A DNA stretch of 64,000 nucleotides from Mobula hypostoma (GCF_963921235.1 NC_086097.1:37202001-37266000), one strand, 5' to 3'. Positions 47,721 through 61,215 are shown, counted from the first letter of the stretch. Notes: generated by a model not told the origin, from the letters alone. Numbers and translations: made by a program.

Positions 47721-50700
47721 GGTGTTAAATTACACTACAGTTTATAATTTCCTGTTGGAAAAAAAATGCTATTTCTCCAATTCAATTTAAATCTGCGTGT
47801 CATTGTCCCATCGATGTTTATTTAGCTTTGCGTTCGGTACCACCTGAACAAATACAAACATCTTATTGAATGCATCTATGTAGGTACACAAAAATATTAC
47901 CCAGAACTGCAAGGCTTATTCAATGCTTAATTAAACCAATTCAAATCTATTTTCTAACATTGGCACATTTAGTGCAGCTGGCCGTTTTGACATCAAAGGT
48001 CGGGCTGTTCATCAAAGGTTGATTCAAGCTATATTTCATGTTCACTAGGATATTTTCCTCAACTTCCCGACAGTTTTATGTAGCATAATTTTCTCAAGTT
48101 AAACAGCTTTTTTATTTCTATCCATGGCCGTTTTATGATGAATTGAAATATATATATTTCCATATTATACACCAGCTGTTTCCATATGGACTTAATGTCC
48201 GTACATATAATTATAGATCAATGCACCTTCTCTTTCTTATCAGCATTTTACTAGGAAACTGGCTGTCAACATTAAAATGGAAATGCACATTAATTAACTT
48301 CAGTATTCGTTATCAATGAAGCAACTGAAAAAAAATTAAAATCTATTTTCCCAAAGAAAATTGTTTGCCTTTCTTGAAAAATAAATATTCTAATCTTAGA
48401 ATAAGACAGTTGTTCCATTCACTATAAGTATTGGTGCCAGTTCTTTGAAAGAACTAACTGATTAATTCTATTCCCACTCTTTCCGCAGTCATCTATATTT
48501 TTCCCCAAATATGAATACAATTCACTTTTGAAAGCCACTATTGAATTTGTCCACTTTCATCTGAATTTCAAATAAATTTGCAGATTATAAGGACTTGCTA
48601 TGTAAAACAAATTCACTGCTGCCCTTTGCCAAAAATATTGAATTTGCACTCTAGTTACAGACTCACTAGTCAACTGAAGTACTTTTATGTTTAACAAAAT
48701 ATTTTATAGCCACTATTTATACTCCAATGCTTAAAATAGGTTAAATTCTCCATTTAATGTATTTCAAGCTAAGGGAAGCAACCCCAGCTTCCCAGCTTCT
48801 TTTAAGGTTATCCAAAATTTCACTGCCTGTATTCCAACTCGCAAGTCCCATTGCCATTGCTTCATCAATGGGGACTGGCTTTGGAAATGTCTGAGTTTAG
48901 AAATGCTCATCCTTGTTTTCAACTCTTTCCATGATCTTGTTTTCCCTTTTTCTGTAATCTTCACTGGTACTACAACTTTCCATAACCTCTGCATTCCTCT
49001 GATGGCTTCATCATTCTATTCGTGCCTTGTTTTCCTCATCTTATTTTTAGTATTTGTCCTCCAAATTCTCCAGTATGTGATGTCACTCCTTTTAAAATAC
49101 ACATCAGTTAAGCTACTGGTCACCTGTTGATCAAGCTATTCTAATTCTAATCACCTGTTCTAATTTTGATAACTTTCCTTTGAAGTATATTTTGACATTT
49201 TTCTTGGTTAATATTACAAGTGAATCAAGTGTTCTAGACTGAACATGTTATTGAAGCTTTTTACCCCTATTGTCATTCTGTTAATTTACCTCTGTGACAT
49301 CTATAAGCTGCACAATTGGACTTTAATATATTAAAATTTAGTTTACAAAATATAAATAAATTTACCAGTTTAAAAAGCTTCTGCTATCCATTAATGCATC
49401 CATTAACATTATATTATTGTATTAACATATATGAAGATCTTAATTTGAATTCTCAATTTGAACTTCATCCCTTTAGTTAATTAGCTCAAAGCACATCGTA
49501 CAATGAACATCGCAGTTATCTGATGCTCAGTGCATTTTGTTTGCAAAATGATGGTCTCTTCTCTTTCACCTTATAACACATCTGTTTGGTTGTTTCAAAA
49601 AAACTAGTTGAAGAAAGAATTTCTGGCATTATATTTTGGCAAAATGTTTATGTTTACTTTTAATGGTAAAGTTGAGAGTGTATGAATAAGACAAAAAATA
49701 CATTACTTTGGTATGGTGCAGGGATTTGTTGGATCTGAGTAATAATATTTTTAAGTTTCATATAACATAAAATGTCACAGTGGATAGATTAACAAAGAGA
49801 CAGAAAGAGAAATAGATCGAAACATCCTGCCAGGAACAAAATACCAAAACAATCTACAGTCATATTTTAAACTTTTAATGCTCAATTTTTTCACAGGATT
49901 ACTTTAAAAAGTAATGTAGAATGCAAATACAAAAAATCAGGTTGAGGTGGCTTTGAGGTTATCTCAGGATCTACAAAGACAATGTTTTTTTTTCCAGAAA
50001 TTGATAAAGGTCACATAGTTATTGCATGCAAGGCAATCAATCCTATTGGCTTGAACAAAGCGAGTACTGTATTTGTTTGAGAGGCGAAACTGTGGGACAG
50101 CCAGGTACTAAAAGGCATTCATTGGAAAGGATTCATTTCTGTGAAGCAGGAAATATTGTATATATTATTTCTCTATCATTACAAAAGGCAATTAAATAAA
50201 GGCAATCATAATCCTGACGAAGGGATTCAACCCAAAATGTGCACAGATACTCTTTGAGTTCCTCCTGCAGATTGTTGATTGCTCCACATTTCCAGTACTT
50301 GCAATCTCTTAAAATGGTCATTTCCTGAGGACTATCACTGTTCATCTCAGATGATTTGTTCATACAAAGGATGTACATATTTGAAAGACATGATAATTTT
50401 GATCCCAGTCATCGCAGCACCCTAGGCTAACACAGCTCTGTGAATAACTTCAGGATATTATAGGTAAATGAAGTGAAACCTTCCGTCCATTTAGAGAACC
50501 TAATGAGTCTAAGGAGGCATCTATGATGAAATAAAATGTTAATGAGGGCACTTTAAAAAAGAAGCAATGGCAACACTCATTGTGAGAGATTCTATAATGC
50601 TGCATTATATTAAAGACCTTACTTAAACTGTGCATTGCTTGGATACAGTCTGCAATAGGATTGTAACTTTGCTTCTCCGTGTCATCACATCCTTTGAAAA

Positions 50701-50764
50701 TATCTTTTGAAAGAAACAGCTGAGACTATTACAGGGTCTCCCAACCATGCCCCGGGGACATCTA

Positions 50765-51155
50765 TCAGGAGTGCTGTACACTCAGGGGCATTAGTTTTAT
50801 TAAGGATCCCACCCATCCATCCAGCATCCTGTTTGATTTTCGACCATGAGGCAGGAGATTATGATGCATAAAAACAAGAACGGTCGGAATGAGAACAGAT
50901 TCTTCGCCCAGGCCATTAAGCTTCTGAATTCCCGGCAACATCATATTCAAAGTGTCACTGGTTAATCCGTTCCGTACCTTACAATGTTTAATATTAATGC
51001 ACTTTAGTTTGTTATTTATGTGTGATTCATTTGTAGTTTTTACACTTACCTTCATGAGTTATTGTGCGTTATGTGCTTTACACCCTGGTTCGAAGGTTTT
51101 TTACATGGTTATATACATGTATGTAGTTAAATTACAATAAATTTCACTTGACTTG
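50765..51155 (+). mobile_element. Rex1/Babar-type 3' fragment
   Basis: IIKDPTHP...GRRL...NRFFAQAIKLLN-like reading. Tail aataaatttcacttgacttg. Confidence 0.7.
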
Positions 51156-51670
51156 TATTAACATCTCATTTATCAAGCAAGCCCATGTGAGTGAAAAGGC
51201 CTTCCATGTCTAGAATTGTGCTATCTGCCTATTGTGTGTATGTGTGTGTGTGCATTCTTGTACATGTGTTTATGTAAAAAAAGAAATAAAAATCTCCTTT
51301 CACTTCCATGATTGTGAATTATGCTGATTATGCACACGCACATTGCTTTCATTCATATTTGCATTTTAAACAACCGAGTATTTATTTTCTTGAGTAGTGA
51401 AGTCGAATGATGCCCTGTTTAAATAAAAGCTAGTTATTCATTTTGATCCATAAAGAAGCTGAAAATAAGACCACAATTTACTCTTTAGGTGGTTTTCTGA
51501 ATGGCTCATGTACAGAACAATTGAACTACCATCTTTATAATCTGGCCCTATTTCAAATTTAATTGTCAGGAAGATGGTATTCCTGACTGATCTACATCCA
51601 TTTACAGAACGAGTACACCTGGTAATGTGGGGTGACATTCAGCTCAGTTTGTTTCAATTCATACAAAGGG

Positions 51671-53514
51671 AAGTCAGGTGAAAATAAATCCGAAGGGTTT
51701 CTACAGTTATATTGACAGCAAAAGGATAGTGAGGGATAAACTTGGTCCCTAAGAGAATCAGAGTGGACGGCTATGTGCGGAGCCAAAAGAGATGGGGGAG
51801 ATTTTGAACAATTTCTTTTCTTCGGTATTCACTAAGGAGAAGGATATTGAATTGTGTAAGGTAAAGGAAACAAGAAGGGTAGTTATGGAAAGTATGACGA
51901 TTAAAGAAGAGGAAGTACTGGCGCTTTTAAGGAATATAAAAGTGGGTAAGTCTCCAGGTCCGGACAAGATATTCACTAGGACCTTGAGGGAAGTTAGTGT
52001 GGAAATAGCAGGGGCTCTGACAGTAATATTTCAAATGTCATTAGAAACGGGAATGGTGCTGGAGGATTGGCATACTACTCATGTGTTTCCATTGTCTAAA
52101 AAGGGTTCTAAGAGCAAACCTAGCAATTATCGGCCTGTGAGTTTGACGTCAGTGGTGGGTAAATTGATGGAAAGTATTCTTAGAGATGGTATATATAATT
52201 ATCTGGATAGACAGGGTCTGATTAGGAACAATCAACATGGATTTGTGCGTGGAAGGTCATGTTTGACAAATCTTACTGAATTTTTTGATGAGGTTACTAG
52301 GAAAGTTGATAAGGGTAAACCGGTGGCTGTTGTCTATATGGACTTCAGGAAGGCCTTTGACAAGGTTCCACACAGAAGGTTAGTTAGGAAGGTTCAATCA
52401 TTAGGCATTAATATCGAAGTAGTAAAATGGATTCAGCAGTGGCTGGATGGGAGACGCCAGAGAGTAGTGGTGGATAACAGTGTGTCAGATTGGAGAACGG
52501 TGTGTAGCGGTGTGCCTCAGGGATCTGTACTGGGTCCAATGTTGTTTGTAATATATATTAATGATCTGGATGATGGGGTGGTAAATTGGATTAGTAAGTA
52601 TGCAGATGATACTAAGATAGGTGGCGTTGTGGATAATGAAGTAGGTTTTCAAAGCTTACAGAGAGATTTAGGCCAGTTAGAAGAGTGGGCTGAAAGATGG
52701 CAGATGGAGTTTAATGCTGAAAAATGGGAGGTGCTACATTTTGGTAGGACTAATCAAAATAGGACATACATGGTAAATGGTAGGGCATTGAAGAATGTAG
52801 TAGAACAGAAGGATCTAGGAATAATGGTGCATGGTTCCCTGAAGGTGGAATTTCATGTGGATAGGGTGGTGAAGAAAGCTTTTGGTATGCTGGCCTTTAT
52901 TAATCAGAGCATTGAGTATAGGAGTTGGGATGTAATGTTGAAATTGTATTGGTGGGGCCAAATTTGGAGTATTGTGTACAGTTCTGGTCACCAAATTATA
53001 GGAAAGATGTCAGTAAAATTGAGGGAGTACAGAGGAGATTTACTAAAATGTTGCCTGGAATTCATCTCCTAAGTTACAGAGAAAGGTTGAACAAGTTAGG
53101 TCTTTAATCTTTGGAGCATAGAAGGTTGAGGGGGGACTTGATAGAGGTGTTTAAAATTATGAGGGGGATTGATGGAGTTGACGTGGATAGGCTTTTTTCC
53201 ATTGAGAGTGGGGGAGATTCAAACAAGAGGACATGAGTTGAGAGTTAAAGGGCAAAATTTTAGGGGTAACATGAGGGGGAGCATCTTTACTAAGAGAGTG
53301 GTAGCTGTGTGGAACGAGCTTCCAGCAGAAGTGGTTGAGGCAGGTTCAATGCTGTTGTTTAAAGTTAAATTGGATAGATATATGGATAGGAAAGGAATGG
53401 AGGGTTATGGGCTGAGTGCAGGTCGGTGGGACTAGGTGAGAGTAAGAGTTCGGCACGGACTAGAAGGGCCGAGATGGCCTGTTTCCATGCTGTAATTGTT
53501 ATATGGTTATATGG
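51671..53514 (+). mobile_element. Young 5'-truncated CR1 LINE (RT domain)
   Basis: ORF 51792..53072 (426 aa, YADD). (TTATATGG)2 tail. 5-bp TSD AAGGG at 51666-51670 and 53515-53519. Confidence 0.96.
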
Positions 53515-53849
53515 AAGGGTTTAGACTTCAACAGTTTCCTTCAGTTCCGGCAGTCGAGCAGCTAGCAGAGCTGATAGCAGCATGCATAGATGGCAGGAAG
53601 GTACTTAAAATGAACAAAGCATTGGAGTCAAAAATAAGTTGAAGGAGTGGGTTCAATCCCTGCAGAAGCAACTATTTGACGCATAATGAAATTCAAAGCA
53701 TTAATCATGGGGAGTAGTTGATGGTAGTGTGAGTCTCATTTAAGTGGACGCATACTTAAGTTGTTCCAAAATTGTCTATATTGAAAGCAAAACATTAATT
53801 CAATCTTAATTTGTGAATCAGCATTTATAAATGCAGACTGAGAATTTTA

Positions 53850-54050
53850 TTTTTGTTTAGAGATACAGCACGGTAACCAGCCCAACAATCCCATGCCAAC
53901 CAATTACACCCCTGTGACCAATAACCCCTATGAACCCTTACGTCTTTGGAATGAGGGAGGAAACAGGAGCACCTGGAGGAAACCATGTGGCCACAGGGAG
54001 AACGTACAAACTCCTTACAGATAGTGGTGGGAATTGAACCCACAGCCACA
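53850..54050 (-). mobile_element. V-SINE (HE1-like)
   Basis: Reverse complement reads gggttcaattccc (B-box-like), then ggagtttgtacgttctcc...ggtttcctccaggtgctcctgtttcctccc. Confidence 0.7.
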
Positions 54051-54419
54051 ATATATCAAAAGGCAAATGGCTAAACTAGGATAAAAGTGCAATGAATTCG
54101 ACCTATTCACATTGCATCATTTGACCTGGAGAAGCAGTGATTCCTGGAGACTGAGTGAGACTATGAGTTCTCATCATGTCCAATTAATGCATAAAGGGAT
54201 GTTGTCCTTGTTGTTAGAAAACAGAGTGATGGTAGAAGATTGTTCCTCAGACTGGAGGTCTGTGACTAGTGGTGTAACTCAGGGGTTGGTACTGGGCCCA
54301 GTCATGTTACCTGGAGACTCTCTTACCTCTTTCTTAACTTTCTGTCTTATTCTTTATTATCTTCTATACCCTCCATCCCTTTTACTTTTTGCATACTTTT
54401 CCACCGTGTTGAACACATT

Positions 54420-55395
54420 CCCCTACTATTTAGTTTTAAACTCTATCCACAGCCCTAATGCAATTCATCAGGACCCTGGTCCCAACATGGTTTAGATGGA
54501 GCCTTTCCCATCTGAATCACTTTTCCCAATACTGATGCCACATCCCAGGAATTCAAACCCATTTCTCCCACACCAATCTCTGAGTCATGCATTTAACTCT
54601 CTGACTTTATTAATCCTGTGCCAAATTGCACACGGCTTTGGTAACAAATCAAATATTATTATCTCTTTGGTTCTGTGTTTTAATTTAGTCCCTAGCCGCT
54701 CAAATTTTCCTCAGCAGAACCTCTTTTTTTGTTCTTCCTATACTGTTGGTACTCACATGGACCACAACAGTAGGATCTTCCCCTTCCCATTTCAAGTTCC
54801 ACTTCAGGTCAAATGTGATGTCCGGAAACCAGGTATCATTCATGCAGCACAGCCTTAAGGACTCTTGACTTTTGCGAGAGAATTGTGTCTATTCCCCTGA
54901 CTATGCTAGCCCCAATTACAACTACATTTCTCTTCTCTCCTCTCCCACCCCCGAATGGTTTCCTGTACCATAGTGTCTTCCTAAAACCCCCACTCCCACT
55001 AACACAGGGAGCAAGAATCTCAGACAAGCTTAAGGGCTGAAGCTCCTCCAGCACTATCTCTTGGATCTTGACTATTAGGCAGGTAACAGTCAGTCACGCC
55101 CACCTGTCCCTAACTACAGACCAAATTTGAAATAGCTAATCCAGTACCTTCAAACATGGTCTGTAGTCAGGGACAAGAGGACGTGAACGCCTCCTGATAA
55201 ATAGTGACCAGCTAACTCTCCCACGCCCTGTTGCAATGCAGTGTTTGAAGCTGATTTCAAGTCGTCAGCTTCCAGCCTGTGCTCCTCGAGTGGTTGGCAC
55301 TTGCTACAGATGTGCTCACCAGAAACCACAATGGGGCCCGCCAGCTTCCACGTCATGCAACTACAGCACCTCACCTGATCCTGCATGCCCTCGAA
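54420..55395 (-). mobile_element. Decayed CR1 ORF1, head-to-head with the CR1 at 55400
   Basis: ORFs 55150..55404 (CCSCMTW...ICSKC) and 54836..55054 (VVVIGASIVRG). Confidence 0.75.
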
Positions 55396-55399
55396 TGGC

Positions 55400-58300
55400 A
55401 TCAAGATCGAGCAAAGTGTCCATTGTGTTCTTCCATCCCAGCCTCACCGTGAAAAAGGTTCCAATGTACCTGTTTGGATACTGCTGAGGAAGGGAATAAT
55501 CCACCAGGGCACAGTGGCAGCAGCCAGGCTGGTCACACTGTGGCCGGTTCTGGCACTCAGCAGGGAAAGGTAAAGACAGGCAGTAGAGTAGTGATAGGAG
55601 ATTCGATAGTTAGGGGGAACAGACAGGAGGTTTTGTGGCCGCAAAAGAGACTCCAGGATGGTGTATAGCCTCACAGGTGCGAGGGTCCAATATGTATTAG
55701 AGCGGCTGCAGGATATTCTCCAGGGGAAGGGTGAACTGCCGGAGGTCGTAGTGCATATTGGCAGCAATAACACAGGCAAAAAAGGAGAAGAGATCCTACG
55801 CATCAAGTATACAGAGTTAGGAAAGTGACTGAAGAGAAGGCTCTCCAAGGTAATAATCTCCAGATTACTCTCTGTGCCATGGGCTAGGGCAGATAGGAAT
55901 GGCACAACAATATGGATGAATGAGTGGCTGAGGAGGTGGTCCAGCGAGCAAGGTTTCAAGGTTTTGGGCCATTGGAACCTTTTCTGGGGAAGGGGTGACC
56001 TGTACTAGAGGGACGGGTTGCACTTGAACTGGGGGGGAACCAGTATCCTGGCCAGGAGGTTTGCTACTGCTACTTGGGAGGGTTTAAACCAGTTTTGCAG
56101 GGGTCTGGGATCTGGTGCACCAGGTCAGTAAGTGAAGGATCAGATAGGAAGGTAGAAGTCAGGAAAGTATTGAAAGACAAAATTGAAAATACAGGCATGG
56201 TGTGTCAGACAGTTTGAAGTGTGTATTTTAATGCTAGGAATATTATGGGTAAATGTGATGAACTTAGAGCATAGATCTATGAACTTAGAGCATAGATCTA
56301 TGAACTATGATGTTGTGGCCATTTCAGAGACATGGTTGAGAGAGCAGCAGGAATGAGTGATTAAATACCAGGTTTTTGAAGTTTTAGAAAAGATAGTAAG
56401 AGAGGTAAAGGGAGGCAGGGAATTGCATGACTAATCAGGGACAATATCACAACTGTACCCAGGGGAAGCATAATTGTGAGGTCAGACACTGAGTCCATTT
56501 TGGATAGAACTCAAGAATAGGAAGGGTGCAATCATACTGATGGGATTGTACTACAAACCTGCTAATAGCCACTGGGACATTGACGAACAGATATGTGATC
56601 AGATTAAGGAAATGTCTAAAAATAATAGGGTTGTTATCATGGGGGATTTCAACTTCCCTAATATAAGCTGAGACTTTCTTGGTGCAAGAGGTTTAGAGGG
56701 GGCAGAGTTTGTTAAGTGTATCCAGGAGGTTTCTTAAATGAATATGTAGATGTCTAATGACAGGAGGGCTGTACTGGACCTGGTGCTGGGTAATGAGCTT
56801 GGCCAGGTGACCAACCTTTCAGTGGGTGAGCAGTTAGGGAACTGTGAGCACAATTCCTTAATTTTCAGGATAGCTATAGATAAGGATAGGCATGGTCCTT
56901 GTAGGAGAGTCCTAAAATTGGAACAGGGCAAATTATGAGGACATCAGGCAGGAGCAAAGAAGAGTTAATTGGGAACATCTTTTTTTCTGGCAAGTCCACA
57001 TCAGACATGTGGAGTGTGTTTAAACATCAACTGCGCAGAGTACAGGAAAGGCATGTCCCTGTTAGAAGGAAGGACAGGGATGGAAAGGTAAGAAAACCTT
57101 GGATGTCCAGAGAAGTGATTAAGTTAGTCAAGAAGAAAAAGGAAAAGTATGTAAAGCTTCAGAAGTTAAGATCAAACGAAGCACATGAGGAGTACAAAGA
57201 AGCCAGAAAAGAACTAAGGAAGGGAATTAGGAAAGTCAGGAGGGGCCATAGAAAGCCCTTGGCAAGTAGGATTAAGGTGAATCCCAAAGCATTCCAGGCA
57301 TACATCAAAAGCAAGAGGATAACTAGGGAGAGGGTGGGATTATTCTAGGATACGGAGAATGTGAGTGAGGTTACTTAATGAGTACTTTGCTTCCATATTT
57401 ACCAAAGAAAAAGATATGGAGGACCAGGAGATTAGTGCTGAGTATGTTTAGAAGTCAAGGAGGAGGAAGTATTGGGTCTCCGAATGAGTATTAAGATGGA
57501 TAAGTCTGATGGGATTTACCCCAGGTTATTGAGGGAGGCAGGGAGGAAACAAACAAGATTGCTGGGGCCTTGACCAGTATCTTCGTCTCCTCTCCAGCAC
57601 AAGTGAGGTCCCAGTGGACTGGTGAGTGGCTAATCTTGTACCTTTATTTAAGAAAGGAGCAAGGAAATTGCCGGAAAAAAATTCTTAGTGATAGGATATA
57701 TAAGCATTTGGAATTCCAGAGCCTAATTAGGGAGAGCCAGCATAGCTTTGTGCAGGACAAATCATGTCTTACCAACTTGATTGAGTTTTTTTGACAAGGT
57801 AGAGCAGTGGATATTGTCTATATGGTTTTTGGGTAAGTGGTTGACAAATTCCCTCATGAGAGGCTAATCCAGAAGATGAGGATACATGGGCTTCCCAAAC
57901 TGATGGTTTGAATTCAGAACTGGTTTGCACATAGAAGACAAAGGGTAGTGGTCGAAGGGATTTATTCAAGCTAGAGGGTTGGAATTAGGGTGTTTCACAG
58001 GGATCTATGCTGGGATCTCTGCAGTTTGTGATGTATATAAATGACCTGAATGAAAATGTAGAGGGTGGGTTAGTAGGTTTGCGGATGATACCAAGATTGG
58101 TGGAGTTGTGGATGGTGTAGAAGACTGGCAAAGAATACAGCACGATATAGATCAGTTGCAGATATGGGCTGAGAAATGGCAGATGGAGCTTAACCCAGAT
58201 AAATGTGAGGTGTTGCACTCATTGGGCAAATGCAAGGAGACAGTACACTGTTCAGGCAAGGTCCTTAACAGTGATGCTGAGCAGAGCAATCTTGGAATCC

Positions 58301-58960
58301 AACTTCATAGCTCCTCGAAAGTGGCTACACAGGTCGATAAGGTGGTTAAGAAGGCTTAAAGAATGCTTGTTTTTATCAGTGATATTGAGTTCAAAAGTCA
58401 ATAGGTTATGTTACAACTTGATAAAACTCTGGTTAGGCCAGAGTATTGCATACAGTTCTGGTCACCCCACTATAGAAAGGATGTTGAGGCTTTGGAGAGG
58501 GTGCAGAAGGGGTTTACCAGAATGCTGTTGGTTTAGGGGGCATGAGAGGCTGGACAAACTTTGGTTGCTTTCTTTGGAGCAGCAGAGGGTGAGGGCAGAT
58601 CTGACAGAGGTTTATAAGTTTATGAGAGGCATGGAGAGACTGGGAGTATATTTTTCCCAGGGTAGAAAAGTCTAATACCAGAGGGCAAGCTTTGAAGGTG
58701 AAAAAGGGTAGGTTCGAAGGGGATGTGAGTAGTAAGTTGTTTACTCAAGAACGGTGGATGTCTGGAATGCACTGACTGGTATGGTGATACAGGCCTTTGA
58801 TAGACATTTTGATAGGCACATGAATATGAGGAAGATGGAGGGATATGGACATTGTGAAGGCAGCAGACATTAATTTTTGGGTTTTTTTAATTACATTTTA
58901 GCTAGTTCGGCACAACATTGTGGGCTGAATGGCCTGTAACTGTGCTGTGCTGTTCTATAT
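55400..58960 (+). mobile_element. Decayed near full-length CR1 (ORF1 esterase, APE, RT, 3' UTR)
   Basis: RVVIGDSIVRG (55474..55668), LDLVLGNELGQV (56750..56938), KPWMSRE (56935..57348), QHSFVQDKSCLTNLIEFF, and CR1 3' end ggcctgtaactgtgctgtgctgttctat. Confidence 0.9.
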
Positions 58961-59388
58961 ATATATTCTGGATGTAAAGCCTCAGCAATTTTCTTCAACC
59001 AATTCATTCCATCAATATTGGTACCCAGTCGAAGCTTATAAAACATGCCACACAAGTTCTCAATCATTTTGAGTAAGGAGTAGATATTAGGTCGCTTTAC
59101 ACTATTGATGTGCCCTGATATCATTTCTTTGCTGATCACTAAGAAACAACACAGTCAGACTGCATTTCATTAGCAGCTTGTGCAGAGTGCAATTGTCTCA
59201 AAAAAAGGAAGAATTTGGAGACTATGAACTTAATATTTCAAAAAGACACAGTAGCATGACATTCAGAGACTGGCACAATACATCAAGATGCAACATTAAT
59301 ATACTGCCATTACCTCTGACTATGATGACAGTAGCATTAAAAAGCCACCTTAGTGATTTCGAGAATATTGCCAATACTTCTGCTAAAC

Positions 59389-61215
59389 TCAAAGCAACAC
59401 TCACAACATGCTGGAGGAACTCAGCAGGTCGGGCAGCATCAGCGGAAACGATCAGTCAACGTTTCAGGCCGGAACCCTTCGTCGGGACTGTAGAGGGAAG
59501 GGGCGGAGGCCCTATAAAGAAGGTGGGGGGAGGGTGGGAAGGAGAAGACTGGTAGGTTCCAGGTGAAAAACCAGTAAGGGGAAAGATAAAGGGGTGGGGG
59601 AGGGGAAGCAGGGAGGGGATAGGCAGGAAAGGTGAAGTAGGGGAAAACACAATGGGTAGTAGAAGGAGGCGGAACCATGAGGGAGGTGATAGGCAGCTGG
59701 GGGAGGGGGCAGCGTGAAATAGGGATAGGGGAAGGGAGGGGGAGGGAATTACCGGAAGTTGGAGAATCCTATGTTCATACCAAGGGGCTGGAGACTACCG
59801 AGACGGTATATGAGGTGTTGCTCCTCCAACCTGAGTTTAGCCTCATCATGGCAGTAGAGGAGGCCATGTATGAACATATCCGAATGGGAATGGGAAGCAG
59901 TGTTGAAGTGGGTGGCTACCGGGAGTTCCTGTCTGTTGTGGCGGACGGAGCGGAGGTGCTCGAAGAAGCGGTCCCCCAATCTGCATTGGGGTTCACCGAT
60001 GTAGAGGAGGCCACACCAGGAGCACCGGATGCAATGGATGACCCCAACAGACTCACAAGTGAAGTGTTGCCTCACCTGGAAGGACTGTTTGGGGCCCTGA
60101 ATGGTGGCAAGATAGGAGGTGTAGGGACAGGTGTAGCACTTACTCTTACAGGGATAAGTGCCAGGTGGGAGATCCGTGGGGAGGGACGTGTGGATCAGGG
60201 AGTCGTGGAGGGACCGATCCCTGCGGAAAGCAGAGAGGGGTGGAGAGGGAAAGATGTGCTTAGTGGTGGGGTCCTGTTGAAGGTGGCGGAAGTTGCGGAG
60301 GATAATGTGCTGGATCCAGAGGCTGGTGGGGTAGTAGGTGAGGATAAGGGGATCTCTGTCCCTGTTGTGGTGGCGGGACTACCTGATCCACACGTCCCTC
60401 CCCACGGATCTCCCACCCGGCACTTATCCCTGTAAGCGTAAGTGCTACACCTGTCCCTACACCTCCTCTCTTGCCACCATTCAGGGCCCCAAACAGTCCT
60501 TCCAGGTGAGGCAACACTTCACTTCTGAGTCTGTTGGGGTCATCTATTGCATCCGGTGCTCCCAATGCGGCCTCCTCTACATCGGTGAAACCTGACGCAG
60601 ATTGGGGGACCGCTTCGTCAAGCACCTCTGCTCCGTCCACCACAACAGACAGGATCTCCCGGTAGCCACCCACTTCAACTCTGCTTCCCACTCCCATTCA
60701 GACATGTCCATACATGGCCTCCTCTACTGCCATGATGAGGCTAAACTCAGGTTGGAGGTGCAACACCTCATATACCGTCTAGGTAGTCTCCAGCCCCTTG
60801 GTATGAACATAGAATTCTCCAACTTCCGGTAATTCCCTCCCCCTCCCTTCCCCTATTCCTTTTTCACTCTGCCCTTCCCCCAGCTGCCTATCACCTCCCT
60901 CATGGTTCCGCCTCCTTCTACTACCCATTGTGTTTTCCCCTATTCCTTCTTCACCTTTCCTGCCTATCACCTCCCTGCTTCCCCTCCCCCACCCGTTTAT
61001 CTTTCCCCTTACTGGTTTTTCACCTGGAACCTACCAGCCTTCTCCTTCCCACCCTCCCCCCACCTTCTTTATAGGGACTCTGCCCCTTCCCCCTACAGTC
61101 CTAATGAAGGGTTCCGGCCCAAAACGTCCAATTCCATGGATGCTGCCCGACCTGCTGAGTTCCTCCAGCGTGTTGTGAGTGTGGCTTTGACCCCAGCATC
61201 TGAAGAGTATTTTAT
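59389..61215. mobile_element. Penelope-like element in head-to-head inverted configuration (two ~810 bp arms, ~170 bp spacer)
   Basis: 59389-~60204 is the reverse complement of ~60377-61190. GIY-YIG fragments on minus (59749..60075) and plus (60338..60595, 60602..60832). Confidence 0.93.

Noticed and set aside
51232..51252. (TG)n microsatellite
   Set aside because: Short, ordinary simple repeat.
56258..56306. 21-bp tandem repeat atgaacttagagcatagatct x2
   Set aside because: Local duplication inside a dead CR1 APE region. Not a CRISPR-like or functional array.
59677..60435. 252-aa plus-strand ORF
   Set aside because: Antisense reading of the Penelope GIY-YIG region, mirrored by 60260..60697 on the other arm. 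No independent protein signature.
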